Shown here piece after piece: positions 51,058 to 60,223 of a DNA stretch of 64,000 nt (position 1 is its first letter; each line of letters starts with the position of its first letter). The notes below the pieces were generated by a model. It saw only the letters and a program-made list of their open reading frames with translations. It was not told the DNA's origin and made no database searches. The position numbers and the translations under genes are program-made. Origin of the DNA: Minicystis rosea (GTDB lineage: Bacteria > Myxococcota_A > Polyangia > Polyangiales > Polyangiaceae); the NCBI GenBank assembly GCA_001931535.1, contig CP016211.1:4631573-4695572 (forward strand), given 5' to 3'.

Positions 51058-52023
51058 TCACCGCACGAGCACGTATCCGAAGGTCTTCGTGTCGCGATCG
51101 CCGTGGTCCGGCCCGAAGGCCGCGTGGTTGCCACAGGACGGCCAGGAAGGGTCTTTGATGCCGAAGCCGATGACGGAGTCGGGGCTCTTGCAATCGTTGC
51201 TCTCATCCCCGACGAGACCGATGCGAATGCGCTTGTTCGCATTCACGCCCTGCCAATTGCACTTCTCCTGAATGGATCCCGATGCGAGAAGCCCCTCCCA
51301 GAACTCCTTGGTCTCGGTGGTGGCGATCTCTTGATCGGGCGAGATGAGCGCGTAGAGCGAATCGCCTCCCAACGTGAGCTTTTTCCATCGGGTCGTGTCG
51401 CCGTCGATCATCCCGAGCAGCACTTCGGTGAACGGCAGGCTCCAGTAGCTCGCGAGCTTGGCCTCTTGCTGGTCGAGCCCCGGCTTGTCCTCCGCGTAGC
51501 CGTTCATGTTCTTCCAGATGGCCTTGTCGTACTCGAACGTGTTGTCGTTGCCGTCGATCTTGAGCGCCAGCGTCCACCCGCCGTTCGACTCCGTCATCTC
51601 GCAATAGGCCTTGTACGGAGACCCATTGATGGGCGTGAGATCGTAGATGGCGCTCGGCTTCGTCGGATCCATCTGATGGATCTGTTTGCACGAAGCGAAG
51701 GTCACCGGCCCGGCATCCATCCCGCCCGTGCCGCCGCCGCCGGTACCGCCGCTGCCGGTGGTGGCTCCACCCGACCCCGTGGTGCCGCCTCCGGAGCCCG
51801 TGGTGACGTTGCCGCTGCTGCTCGTCGCGCTGCTGGAGGTGCTCGACACCGAGCTGCTCGCGCTCGTGGACGACGAAGAGGATGACGAGCTCGCCGATGA
51901 AGAGGTCGACGAAGTCTCTTCTTCTCTTTGCCCATTGGTCTGGAAACCACAGGCGGCCATGACGGCGAACGCGACGCCGCTAGCGCCGATGAGGAGAGGT
52001 TTCGAGGCGCGCATCATCGCCAT
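51058..52023 (-). CDS. Lipoprotein with a Ser/Thr/Gly-rich linker and a fibrinogen-related (FReD-like) C-terminal domain
   Basis: MAMMRASKPLLIGASGVAFAVMAAC (lipobox). Poly-Ser/Thr/Gly linker. CKQIHQMDPTKPSAIYDLTPINGSPYKAYCEMTESNGGWTLALKIDGNDNTF resembles the FReD core (YCDM..GGGWT). Confidence 0.6.
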   Translation of the reverse strand: MAMMRASKPLLIGASGVAFAVMAACGFQTNGQREEETSSTSSSASSSSSSSSTSASSSVSSTSSSATSSSGNVTTGSGGGTTGSGGATTGSGGTGGGGTGGMDAGPVTFASCKQIHQMDPTKPSAIYDLTPINGSPYKAYCEMTESNGGWTLALKIDGNDNTFEYDKAIWKNMNGYAEDKPGLDQQEAKLASYWSLPFTEVLLGMIDGDTTRWKKLTLGGDSLYALISPDQEIATTETKEFWEGLLASGSIQEKCNWQGVNANKRIRIGLVGDESNDCKSPDSVIGFGIKDPSWPSCGNHAAFGPDHGDRDTKTFGYVLVR

Positions 52024-52046
52024 TTCGCGGCTGCGGCGGCGGCGCG

Positions 52047-54361
52047 TCAACGGCGCGACGGCGCGTCGACGTGGATTTGAACCGGCCGACTCTGCCGGCC
52101 TTGCCGCTCCGCAACCACACGGTGCGCACCGGGCGAGAGCGGCCACGAAGCGCCTTGGATGGGCGCTCCATCGACCTTCCAGGAGACGTCGGCGATCTCT
52201 GTGCCCCAAGCATCGCGCGGAGCGGGATCGACGACACCCCGCGCGCCGAATCGATGAGGAAGCGGGCGCCGTCGCGCGGCTCGCGCACCACCGGATCTTC
52301 GTCGGTCGACGCGGGCGCGAGGAACGCGCGCGCCACCCCCGGAGGATGAACGCGCTCGATCCACGCGGCATAGCGGGCCGGAAGGAGAACGTCGCCGGCC
52401 TCGTCGTGCGCCTCGCACACGTCGGAGGGAATGGTTTGAGGCGCAAAGCGCTCTTCGACGACGTGCCGGCAACGCGGTCCGGGGCGATGCCCCGTCGCGG
52501 CGCAGACGGCGACGGGCACGAGCCGAATCGCGTCTCGCTCCACCGGCATCACTCCATTGATGGACGCACGCTCGACGGCGGCGGCGAGGATGCGCACGGC
52601 CGCGGGAGCCGCCGCCTCGAAGCCGGACACCGCGCCGAGCGGACGCGCGGCCGGATCGCCGAGCCACACCACCACCGTGAGCGACTCGGTGAACACAGCC
52701 GCCCAGGCATCGCGCCACCCCGACGACGTCCCGGTCTTGAGCGCGAAGCGGGCGCCGCCGGCGAGATCGATCAAGTCGGCGCCGAACGCATCGGCCCGCG
52801 CCTGCGGATCCGCGAGGATGTCGCGCGTCACCTCGGCGGCCGCCGGGCTCAACACCGGCGTGCCAGCGGCCGGCGCGCGCGTCGTGAACGACGGAGGGAT
52901 GCGCGTCCCGCCGCGCGCGAGCGTGACGTACGCCGAAGCGAGATCGAGCGGCGCGACATCGAGGCCACCGAGCACGGCCGCAGCGCCGTAGTGATCCGCG
53001 TCCTTCGGCACGCGCAGGCCCATCGCGGCGAAGCGACCGAGGAGCGCCGTCTGTCCCACGCGGGCCGCAACGTCGAGCGCCGCCAGGTTGAGCGAGCCCG
53101 CAAGCGCGACGCGCGCACGCACAGGCCCACGCTCGCGGCCGTCGTAGTCACGCGCATCGAACCACGTGCCGTGCGCGCCGAGCCGAGGCAACGAGATGTC
53201 GTCGAGCACGGTGGCCGCCGTCCCGCCGCGCTCGAAATGGATCGCATACGCGAAGGGCTTCAGCGTCGATCCCGGCTGTCGCGGAGCCGTGAGCAGATCG
53301 AGGCTGCCGCCTTCGACGTCCGGGCCGCGTCGCGCCGCGCCCGTGTACGCGAGGATCTCGCCGGTCGCATTGGCGATCACCACGGCCGCTCCATTGCTCA
53401 CGCCCCGTGAAGAGAAGCGCGCCACGGCGGCCGCGAGCACGTCGTCGGTGCGGCGTTGCAGCTCGAGATCGAGCGAGGTGCGCACCGCGCCGTCGCGCCG
53501 CTCGATTCGTCCATCCTTCCACCGCGCGAGGACCGCATCGGCGAAGCGCGGCGCCTCGTCGGGCCGCGCGGGCACCGCGCGAATCGCGGGCAGCTCGGCC
53601 GCGACCGCGCGCTGCGTCGCTTCGTCGATGCGTCCGCGCGCCGCGAGCCGCGCGAGCACGTAGTCGCGTCGCATCCTCGCTCGAGCCAAGTGCCGGCGCG
53701 GCTCCGTCGCGCTGGGCGCCTGCGGAATGCCCGCGAGCAACGCGGCCTCCGCGATCCCGATCGCCCCCACGGGCCGGCCGAAATACTCTTCGGACGCGCG
53801 CGCCACGCCCTCGATGCGATCGCCGAACGGCACGCGATTCAAATACTGCTCGAGGATCTCGTCCTTCGTGAAGATGCGCTCCAGCGCCGCCGCCCGCGCG
53901 ATCTCGACGACCTTCGAGAGCGGCCCGAGCGGCCGCCCATACACGCGCTTGACGAGCTGCTGCGTGATGGTCGACCCGCCGCTGCGCCGCCCCCAAGGCC
54001 GCACGCTCGTGACGACGGCGCGAAGGAGCGCGCGCAGATCGACGCCGTGATGCTCGCGGAAGCGCGCGTCCTCCACGGCGAGGAACGCATCGATCACATC
54101 CGGCGAGATCTCGCGGAGCGCGACCCAGCGACGATCGACGCCGTCCACGCGGGCGTGCCGGATCACGCGGCCGCGTCGATCCAGGATCTCGAACGCGTCA
54201 CGTGGCCGCGCGAAGCGCGCTGGATCCACCCACCACGACGGCGGCGTGAGCTGGAAGCCTGCGACGCTCACGAGCACGAGGGCGGCGATCGTCCCAGCGA
54301 GCCGCAGGAGGCGCGCGGGCCGGAGCGCTGCTGCCACGCTGGAGAGCGACGGCAGGCGCAT
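52047..54361 (-). CDS. pbpC: Penicillin-binding protein 1C (transglycosylase/transpeptidase) with a frameshift near 52300 affecting the C-terminal domain
   Basis: TM anchor. GT51 motifs (EDARFREHHGVD, GGSTITQQLVK, RKxxE). TPase STLKP, SGN-like, KTGT. The PbpC-specific C-terminal domain (WKVDGAPIQGASWPLSPGAHRVVAERQGRQSRPVQIHV) lies in a different frame (ORF 52047..52718). Confidence 0.8.
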
Positions 54362-57300
54362 CACGGATCCACGGTCAGCGTGTTGACCGCGCTGCGCGCG
54401 ACGAAGCTCGGCGCATACAGCGCTTCGATCTCCGCCGGCGGCAGCACGAAGGTGCCGACGGTGGTGGCGCGCGCGCCGTACGTGATCTCGCGCAGCCCCG
54501 AGCCCGGCTGGGTCATGTAGAACGTGGCCCGCCCGGCCGAGAACGCGCGGTGGGAGATGGCGTCGAGCGATCGCGCCGCCCAGTGGCCGCGCGAATCGAC
54601 CGCGTCGTCGTCGGCCCCCATGCCGAGGAGCGCCCACAGCGAAGCGCGCGGCGTGGTCTCGTGCGCGCCGTCGATCGGCGAGAGGCCGCCTGCCATCCGA
54701 TCGCGGAGCGCGAGATACGGCGGCGTGGCGTGCTCGCTGTGCAAGAAGAGCCGCACCCGCACGAGCTCGCCGAGCCGCACGCGCGCGTGCGCGCCGAGCG
54801 GCTTGCCGCTCGCGTCCTCGAGGACCCGGTGAAGCGCCGCCGCCTCGCCGCGGGCCACCTCGTCGAGCGGGCCGAGCGGCTCTACGCAACGCGACGCGAT
54901 CGCGAACCACGCCGTACCCGGCGCCTCGATGCGCAGCGTGTGCTCCTTGCCCATCACCTGCGCCGCGGGGATCGTGTACCACGCGAGCATGCTCGTGCGC
55001 GCGCCGGCCGTGAGCGGCGCGCCGTCGAGGAGCACGCGCGGCGTGAACGGCCCTTCAGCCCGCACGGTCGCTGCATAGGCCGCCAGCGCCGCGAGCGCAT
55101 GGCTGGTCTCGTGCGTCGATCCGAAGCCGCCGCGCGCCTCGTCGCGCGCAGCGAGGAGCCGCGTCGCGAGGCGCCCCGCATCCTTGCGCCCCACGTCGAT
55201 CGCGAGCGCGGCTTCGAGCACGGCCCCCAGCGTGCGCGCCGATCCGTCGTACCAGCGAAGAATACGCGGGTTCTGGCGCTCGTCTTCGCGCGTGGCGAGG
55301 ACACGCTGGATCGCCTCGAGCACCAGCGTGTCGCGCCGCCGATCCATGTCGTCCATGGCCAGCGCGAGCTGCGCCATCCCGTAAGGCGAGAGCCTCTCCC
55401 GCTGATCGTAGACCGCTCGAATGCGATCCACGTCGGGCTCGTGTGCCTCCGTCAGCACCCGCAAGGCGAACGCCATCTCGTCGTGTCCACCCGTGTCGCG
55501 ATCACCGAAGACCGTGTCGCGCACCTCCCCGTGCACGTAGGACCGCGCGCGATCCAGCGCGTCGTCGGGCACCTTGTGCCCTGCGCGTCGCGCCGCCGAG
55601 AGCGCGTGCAGCGCATACACCGAGAGGTAAACATCCACGGGCGAGCCGGCGCTGAAAGCACCGAACCCGCCCGAGTGCTGCTGCAACGACGTGAGCCGCG
55701 CGATCGCCGACGCGGCCCGCGCGCGGATCTCCTCGGTCGAGACGCCCCCCGGCTTCCGGCCGAGATCGAACGTCGCGTAGGCCGCGAGCGCGATCACGCT
55801 CGACGCCGTCACCTCCGCGCCGGCCTCCGGCGACGCGAGCAGCGACTCGAACGACGCATCCAGCCCGACGAAAGGATGCGACGCGATCGACAGCGTCACC
55901 GTCCCTGCCTCCACCGTCGCCGGGAGCTGCACCTTGAGATCGCGGCTCCCGCTCACCGCGCCCACCGCTTCGGATCGCGCCGTTCGCCCGCGCGGCGCCA
56001 CGGCCACCCGCGCCTCGGCGAGCGTCGACGCGCCCTCGGCCCGCGCCTCGAAGCGCACCACGAGATCGTCCGCCCGCGCGACATCGACCCACTCGACGAC
56101 ACGCGACTGCGCACGAGGCTCGAGATGGAGCACCTGCGGCGATCGCGGTACTCCATCGACGATGGGCGTCACCGTCACATCCACCGGCTTGTCCTCGGTG
56201 TTGTGCACGATCGCCGCCGCCTCGAAATGATCGCCGACCGTCGCGGCATCGGGCAGCGCCGGCCGGACCACCACCGGCATGGCCGCCACCATCGTGTGGT
56301 GTGCATGCCCCGCGCGCGTCCCCGCATCCACGGCGACCGCCATGATGCGGTACTGCGTCGGCCGCGATGGCAGATGGATCGTCGCGCTCGCGCGCCCCTC
56401 GGCGTCCGTCGTCAAGCGCGGCAGCCACAGCGGCGTCGGCTCGAAACGATCTTGCTCGGGCGTTCGCCGCGCGCTCCCCGCTTCGGATCCGTCACCGCCC
56501 GCGCTCGGCACGAGCGGCTCGTCGACGCGCGACACCAGCGCGCGCCGCAGATCTTCCCACGCGAACGACGGCGGCATCCGGCGAAACAGCCCCGACAGCG
56601 CATCCGGCACCTCGTACCCCGTGATGCGCAGCGTCCCCTCGTCGACCGCGAACAACGCCACCTCTGCAGGCACGCCCTGGCCTCCCGCATCGCGAACCGC
56701 GACCGCGATCGGCACATCGGATCCCGCGGGCGCGCTCGGCCCGGCCTCGATGCTCACCGTGAGCGGCGACGCGGCAGGTCGCACCGCGATCTCGGTGAGG
56801 CCCACCCGCAGATCGGGCGCGTCGAGATCGATCTTCTTCCCGGGCGCGCCCGTGCGCGGACGCACCAGCGTCAGCGACACGAACGCGTTGGGCACCATCT
56901 CCGCGGTGACCGGGAAACGGTACACGTCACCGCCGGCCTTCACGCGCCGCTGCTCCATCACGATGACGCCGTCGCGCTCCACCGTGAGCAGCGCTTCGCC
57001 TTCGGGGAACGGCGACTCGAACGCGATCTCCGCCGTCTGACCGACCTCGTAGGCGCTCCGCTCGGGCGTGAGCGTCACCGCGGTGCCAGGCGGATCGCGA
57101 TCCGGATGCTCGTCCGGCCCCGCGACGTACACGCGCTGCGACGCCGTGCTCGTGCGCCCGCGGTCGTCGCGTGTCACGGCTTCGAGCACGTACGTGCCCG
57201 GCCGCTCGGCCTTCCAAGCGCAGCTCACCGGCGCCGCCGCCGAGGTCACGTTGCAGCGATGGACCACCTCGCGTGATCGCGTGCGTCGCGTCTCGTAGCT

Positions 57301-60099
57301 CCCGCCCTCGCCTTCCTCTTCATCCGCTGCCCCGTGCCGCGACCACTCCCAGTACGTGTGCCAGCCCTCGCGCACGATGCGCGCTTCCACTTTGCGCCCC
57401 GGCACGAGCGCGCCGTCGCCGTCGATGACGATCGTCTCCGCGTTCAGCTCGGCGCCGTGCTCGATCCACTGCGCTGCGCGGCGCACGCCCACCTCGTACG
57501 TCGCGGGCCTCATTTGGAAGTGACGGCGCGCGCTCGTCACCGAGCCCGTGATGTCACGCACCATGACCTCGAGCGTGGCCTCCTCGCGAACGGGCGCGCC
57601 CAGCGACACGGTCGTGCCGATCGCGGCGCGCCCCTCGGCATCGAGCGTCATGTCCCCCTGCGCCATCGTCCCGAAGTGCGCCGATGCGTCGACGGGCGTG
57701 AACGCGTACGTCGCCCACTTGTCGGGATAGTCGCTCGATCCACTGCGCTGCAACGTCCAGCTCAGCCGCGTCCCCGCCGCCGGCGGGCCGAACATGTAAT
57801 TGACCGCGACGTTGGCGTGCATCGGATCGCGATCGACGAGCACGGCCTCGCTCAGCGCGAGATCCACGCGGAACGCCGGCAATTGATACTGCCCGACGGC
57901 GAACGATGCCGATCCCACGGGCCGCTCCTGCCCGTCGCGCCGCACCTCGACGCGGTACGTCCCGGGATCGGCGCCGGCATCGACGGCGAAGTCCGCGTCG
58001 ACCGATCCGAAGCTCGACAGCGCGACGACGCGCTCCGCCTTCGGCGCCTCGCCGGCCGGCCCGAACAACATCACCCGCACCGCCCCGAGGGGCGCGGTCA
58101 ACGCATCACCGCTCCCTTCGCGCACCACCGCCTTGGCGTGGATGGTCTCGCCGGGCCTGCAAATCCCGCGATCCGTGAACACCGTCGCCACCCACGCATC
58201 GGCCGGCGGAGGCGCTTCACCGGGCGAGATCCTGAGGTGCCTCGGCCCCATCGCCGCGCGCGGATCCATCACCAACACGGCGCGATCCTTCCCCGCCACG
58301 GCCCGCACGGCCCCGCCTGCTTCGAGGAGATTTTGCTCGAGCGGGATCCACGCCACACCGTTCCCATCCGTGCTCGCCTCCGCGAGCGTCGTGCCGGTGG
58401 CATCGGCCACCGTGACCCGTGATCCGGCGACAGGCTCGGCGCGATGCACCGACGTCACCCACGCGAGCACACCGCGCGGCAACAGCTTGGCGTCGATCCC
58501 GAGATCCGTGCGCTGCACGAACGTCGCCGGCAACGCCTCGGGCCGGCGCTCGCTCTTGTCCGGCAGCAGCGAAATCACCGCGAGCGCGGCGTTGTCCGGA
58601 TCCTGATCCATCCACGAAAGCGATCCGCTGCCCCATCGGTTCGGTCGCGACGAAGGCACCACCTCGGTGAGCTTCATGCTTCGCCATTGCCCCGTTCGCT
58701 CCGGCCCGATCCACCGCGCCGGGAACAGCGCCGCCTCGATCTCTTGCCCCGGCGGCACTGCTCCGATCCGCGCCTCGCCCTCCTCGACGTGAATGGCCGC
58801 GATGTCGAGCGCCGCCTTCGCTTCCTGCTCGAACGCGAGCCGCCCCGACTTCGCACGCACCTCCGGCGTTCGTCCCGCGCTGCGGATCGCGAGCGGCGCA
58901 AGTCGCTCCAGATCCCTCCCCTCCGTATCGCGCAGCCCTCCGACGCGGACCTCGTAGACCTGCCCCGGATCCCAATCGCCGGAGATGACGATCTTCTTCT
59001 TGTCCTCGATCTTCACGGCGAGACCGGCGAGCGCCGGCTTCACCTGCACCGCGTCCTTCGGCAGCGCGGCGAGCTCCTCGGTGGCGAGGAGACGCAGCAC
59101 CTCCCCGATGTCGACGATCTGCCCAGGCGGCCCGCTGTGCGCGCACGCCGATCCCTCGGTCGCGCTCTCCTGACAATCGATCCCATCGATGCGCGGTCGC
59201 GTCGCGATCTGAAAGCGCACCACCCGCGGCTCCGAGCCACCCCACGTGATCGGCGGCGCCAGCGCCACCGCGAAGTGCGCCCCTGCTTCCAGGGACTTCT
59301 TCAGGCTCACCTCCACCGGCACGAGCCCCTGCTTGTCGCGCGGCCGCTCCAGCGCGGAGAACGGCAACATCCGCCGCCCGCCGTCGATCTCGTAGACCAT
59401 CATCTGCGACGGCAGCAGAGCCGCATCGATCTTGCCCGAGAACAGCAGCGTGAGCGGCTCACCGGGCACGAGCCGCGACGCGTGCCGCGCGTGATCGAAG
59501 CGCGGGCCACCATCGAACACCACCGTGCGCGCCTGAAAATCTTCGATCGTCTCCCCCGCGAGCGATCGCAGCATCGGCGCGAGATCCATCGACACCGTGC
59601 GCGTGTTGCTCCAGGTCCCGGGCTCCGCTTCGAACGAGACCGTGTTGCGCGATGTCCACCGCGTCTGCCCGCGCACGGGCGGCGTCAGCGCGATCACCGC
59701 CTCGTCGGCCGGCTTGCCGACGCGCACGCCCTCGACCATCGGGCGATTGAACCGCACCACGAGCGGCGCCCCCGGCCTCAGGTTGATCGCGTTGGCCGTC
59801 GGCTCGAGCACCGCCAAACGATCGGGCGCATCCGCCGCGAGCAACGGATCGAGCGGCGTCGCCGGCCGCAGATCCGGTATCGCCGCCGGGAACGTCGCCC
59901 CCGCCCGCAGCAGCTCGGGCGGCACCTCCATGGGCGCCACCGCCGGCCGACACGAGCGACCGGCCAATGGGATCACGATGCCCGCGGCCACCAACGATCC
60001 AGCGGCGACCACGAGACGCACCCGCGCAGCCCGATACGACGCCGCCCGATCCGTCGGCGAGAGGTCGAGCCGCGGCGTTCCTTTGCGATAGGGATTCAC
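54361..60099 (-). CDS. Bacterial alpha-2-macroglobulin family protein (1912 aa), thioester motif absent
   Basis: N-terminal signal/TM. Multiple MG domains; bait-region-like and TED/RBD-like C-terminal regions. No C-x-E-Q anywhere; the expected thioester position reads LQQHSGGFGAFS. Its stop overlaps the pbpC start. Confidence 0.85.
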   Translation of the reverse strand: MNPYRKGTPRLDLSPTDRAASYRAARVRLVVAAGSLVAAGIVIPLAGRSCRPAVAPMEVPPELLRAGATFPAAIPDLRPATPLDPLLAADAPDRLAVLEPTANAINLRPGAPLVVRFNRPMVEGVRVGKPADEAVIALTPPVRGQTRWTSRNTVSFEAEPGTWSNTRTVSMDLAPMLRSLAGETIEDFQARTVVFDGGPRFDHARHASRLVPGEPLTLLFSGKIDAALLPSQMMVYEIDGGRRMLPFSALERPRDKQGLVPVEVSLKKSLEAGAHFAVALAPPITWGGSEPRVVRFQIATRPRIDGIDCQESATEGSACAHSGPPGQIVDIGEVLRLLATEELAALPKDAVQVKPALAGLAVKIEDKKKIVISGDWDPGQVYEVRVGGLRDTEGRDLERLAPLAIRSAGRTPEVRAKSGRLAFEQEAKAALDIAAIHVEEGEARIGAVPPGQEIEAALFPARWIGPERTGQWRSMKLTEVVPSSRPNRWGSGSLSWMDQDPDNAALAVISLLPDKSERRPEALPATFVQRTDLGIDAKLLPRGVLAWVTSVHRAEPVAGSRVTVADATGTTLAEASTDGNGVAWIPLEQNLLEAGGAVRAVAGKDRAVLVMDPRAAMGPRHLRISPGEAPPPADAWVATVFTDRGICRPGETIHAKAVVREGSGDALTAPLGAVRVMLFGPAGEAPKAERVVALSSFGSVDADFAVDAGADPGTYRVEVRRDGQERPVGSASFAVGQYQLPAFRVDLALSEAVLVDRDPMHANVAVNYMFGPPAAGTRLSWTLQRSGSSDYPDKWATYAFTPVDASAHFGTMAQGDMTLDAEGRAAIGTTVSLGAPVREEATLEVMVRDITGSVTSARRHFQMRPATYEVGVRRAAQWIEHGAELNAETIVIDGDGALVPGRKVEARIVREGWHTYWEWSRHGAADEEEGEGGSYETRRTRSREVVHRCNVTSAAAPVSCAWKAERPGTYVLEAVTRDDRGRTSTASQRVYVAGPDEHPDRDPPGTAVTLTPERSAYEVGQTAEIAFESPFPEGEALLTVERDGVIVMEQRRVKAGGDVYRFPVTAEMVPNAFVSLTLVRPRTGAPGKKIDLDAPDLRVGLTEIAVRPAASPLTVSIEAGPSAPAGSDVPIAVAVRDAGGQGVPAEVALFAVDEGTLRITGYEVPDALSGLFRRMPPSFAWEDLRRALVSRVDEPLVPSAGGDGSEAGSARRTPEQDRFEPTPLWLPRLTTDAEGRASATIHLPSRPTQYRIMAVAVDAGTRAGHAHHTMVAAMPVVVRPALPDAATVGDHFEAAAIVHNTEDKPVDVTVTPIVDGVPRSPQVLHLEPRAQSRVVEWVDVARADDLVVRFEARAEGASTLAEARVAVAPRGRTARSEAVGAVSGSRDLKVQLPATVEAGTVTLSIASHPFVGLDASFESLLASPEAGAEVTASSVIALAAYATFDLGRKPGGVSTEEIRARAASAIARLTSLQQHSGGFGAFSAGSPVDVYLSVYALHALSAARRAGHKVPDDALDRARSYVHGEVRDTVFGDRDTGGHDEMAFALRVLTEAHEPDVDRIRAVYDQRERLSPYGMAQLALAMDDMDRRRDTLVLEAIQRVLATREDERQNPRILRWYDGSARTLGAVLEAALAIDVGRKDAGRLATRLLAARDEARGGFGSTHETSHALAALAAYAATVRAEGPFTPRVLLDGAPLTAGARTSMLAWYTIPAAQVMGKEHTLRIEAPGTAWFAIASRCVEPLGPLDEVARGEAAALHRVLEDASGKPLGAHARVRLGELVRVRLFLHSEHATPPYLALRDRMAGGLSPIDGAHETTPRASLWALLGMGADDDAVDSRGHWAARSLDAISHRAFSAGRATFYMTQPGSGLREITYGARATTVGTFVLPPAEIEALYAPSFVARSAVNTLTVDP

Positions 60100-60223
60100 G
60101 GGCGCGCCGCGTCAGCAAGAGGTGTTCCTCCCGACAAAGCGCACAAATCCCGCGACATGCGCGGCCTCCCCCGAACGGAGGCGTGTCTTTTCGACCGCGG
60201 CTGCGGTTAAAAAACCACAACCC

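Noticed and set aside
51686-60210. Several long plus-strand ORFs (51686..53410, 54550..57276, 58444..60210)
   Set aside because: All are antisense to pbpC and the alpha-2-macroglobulin gene and show low-complexity R/G/A/D/E-rich translations.
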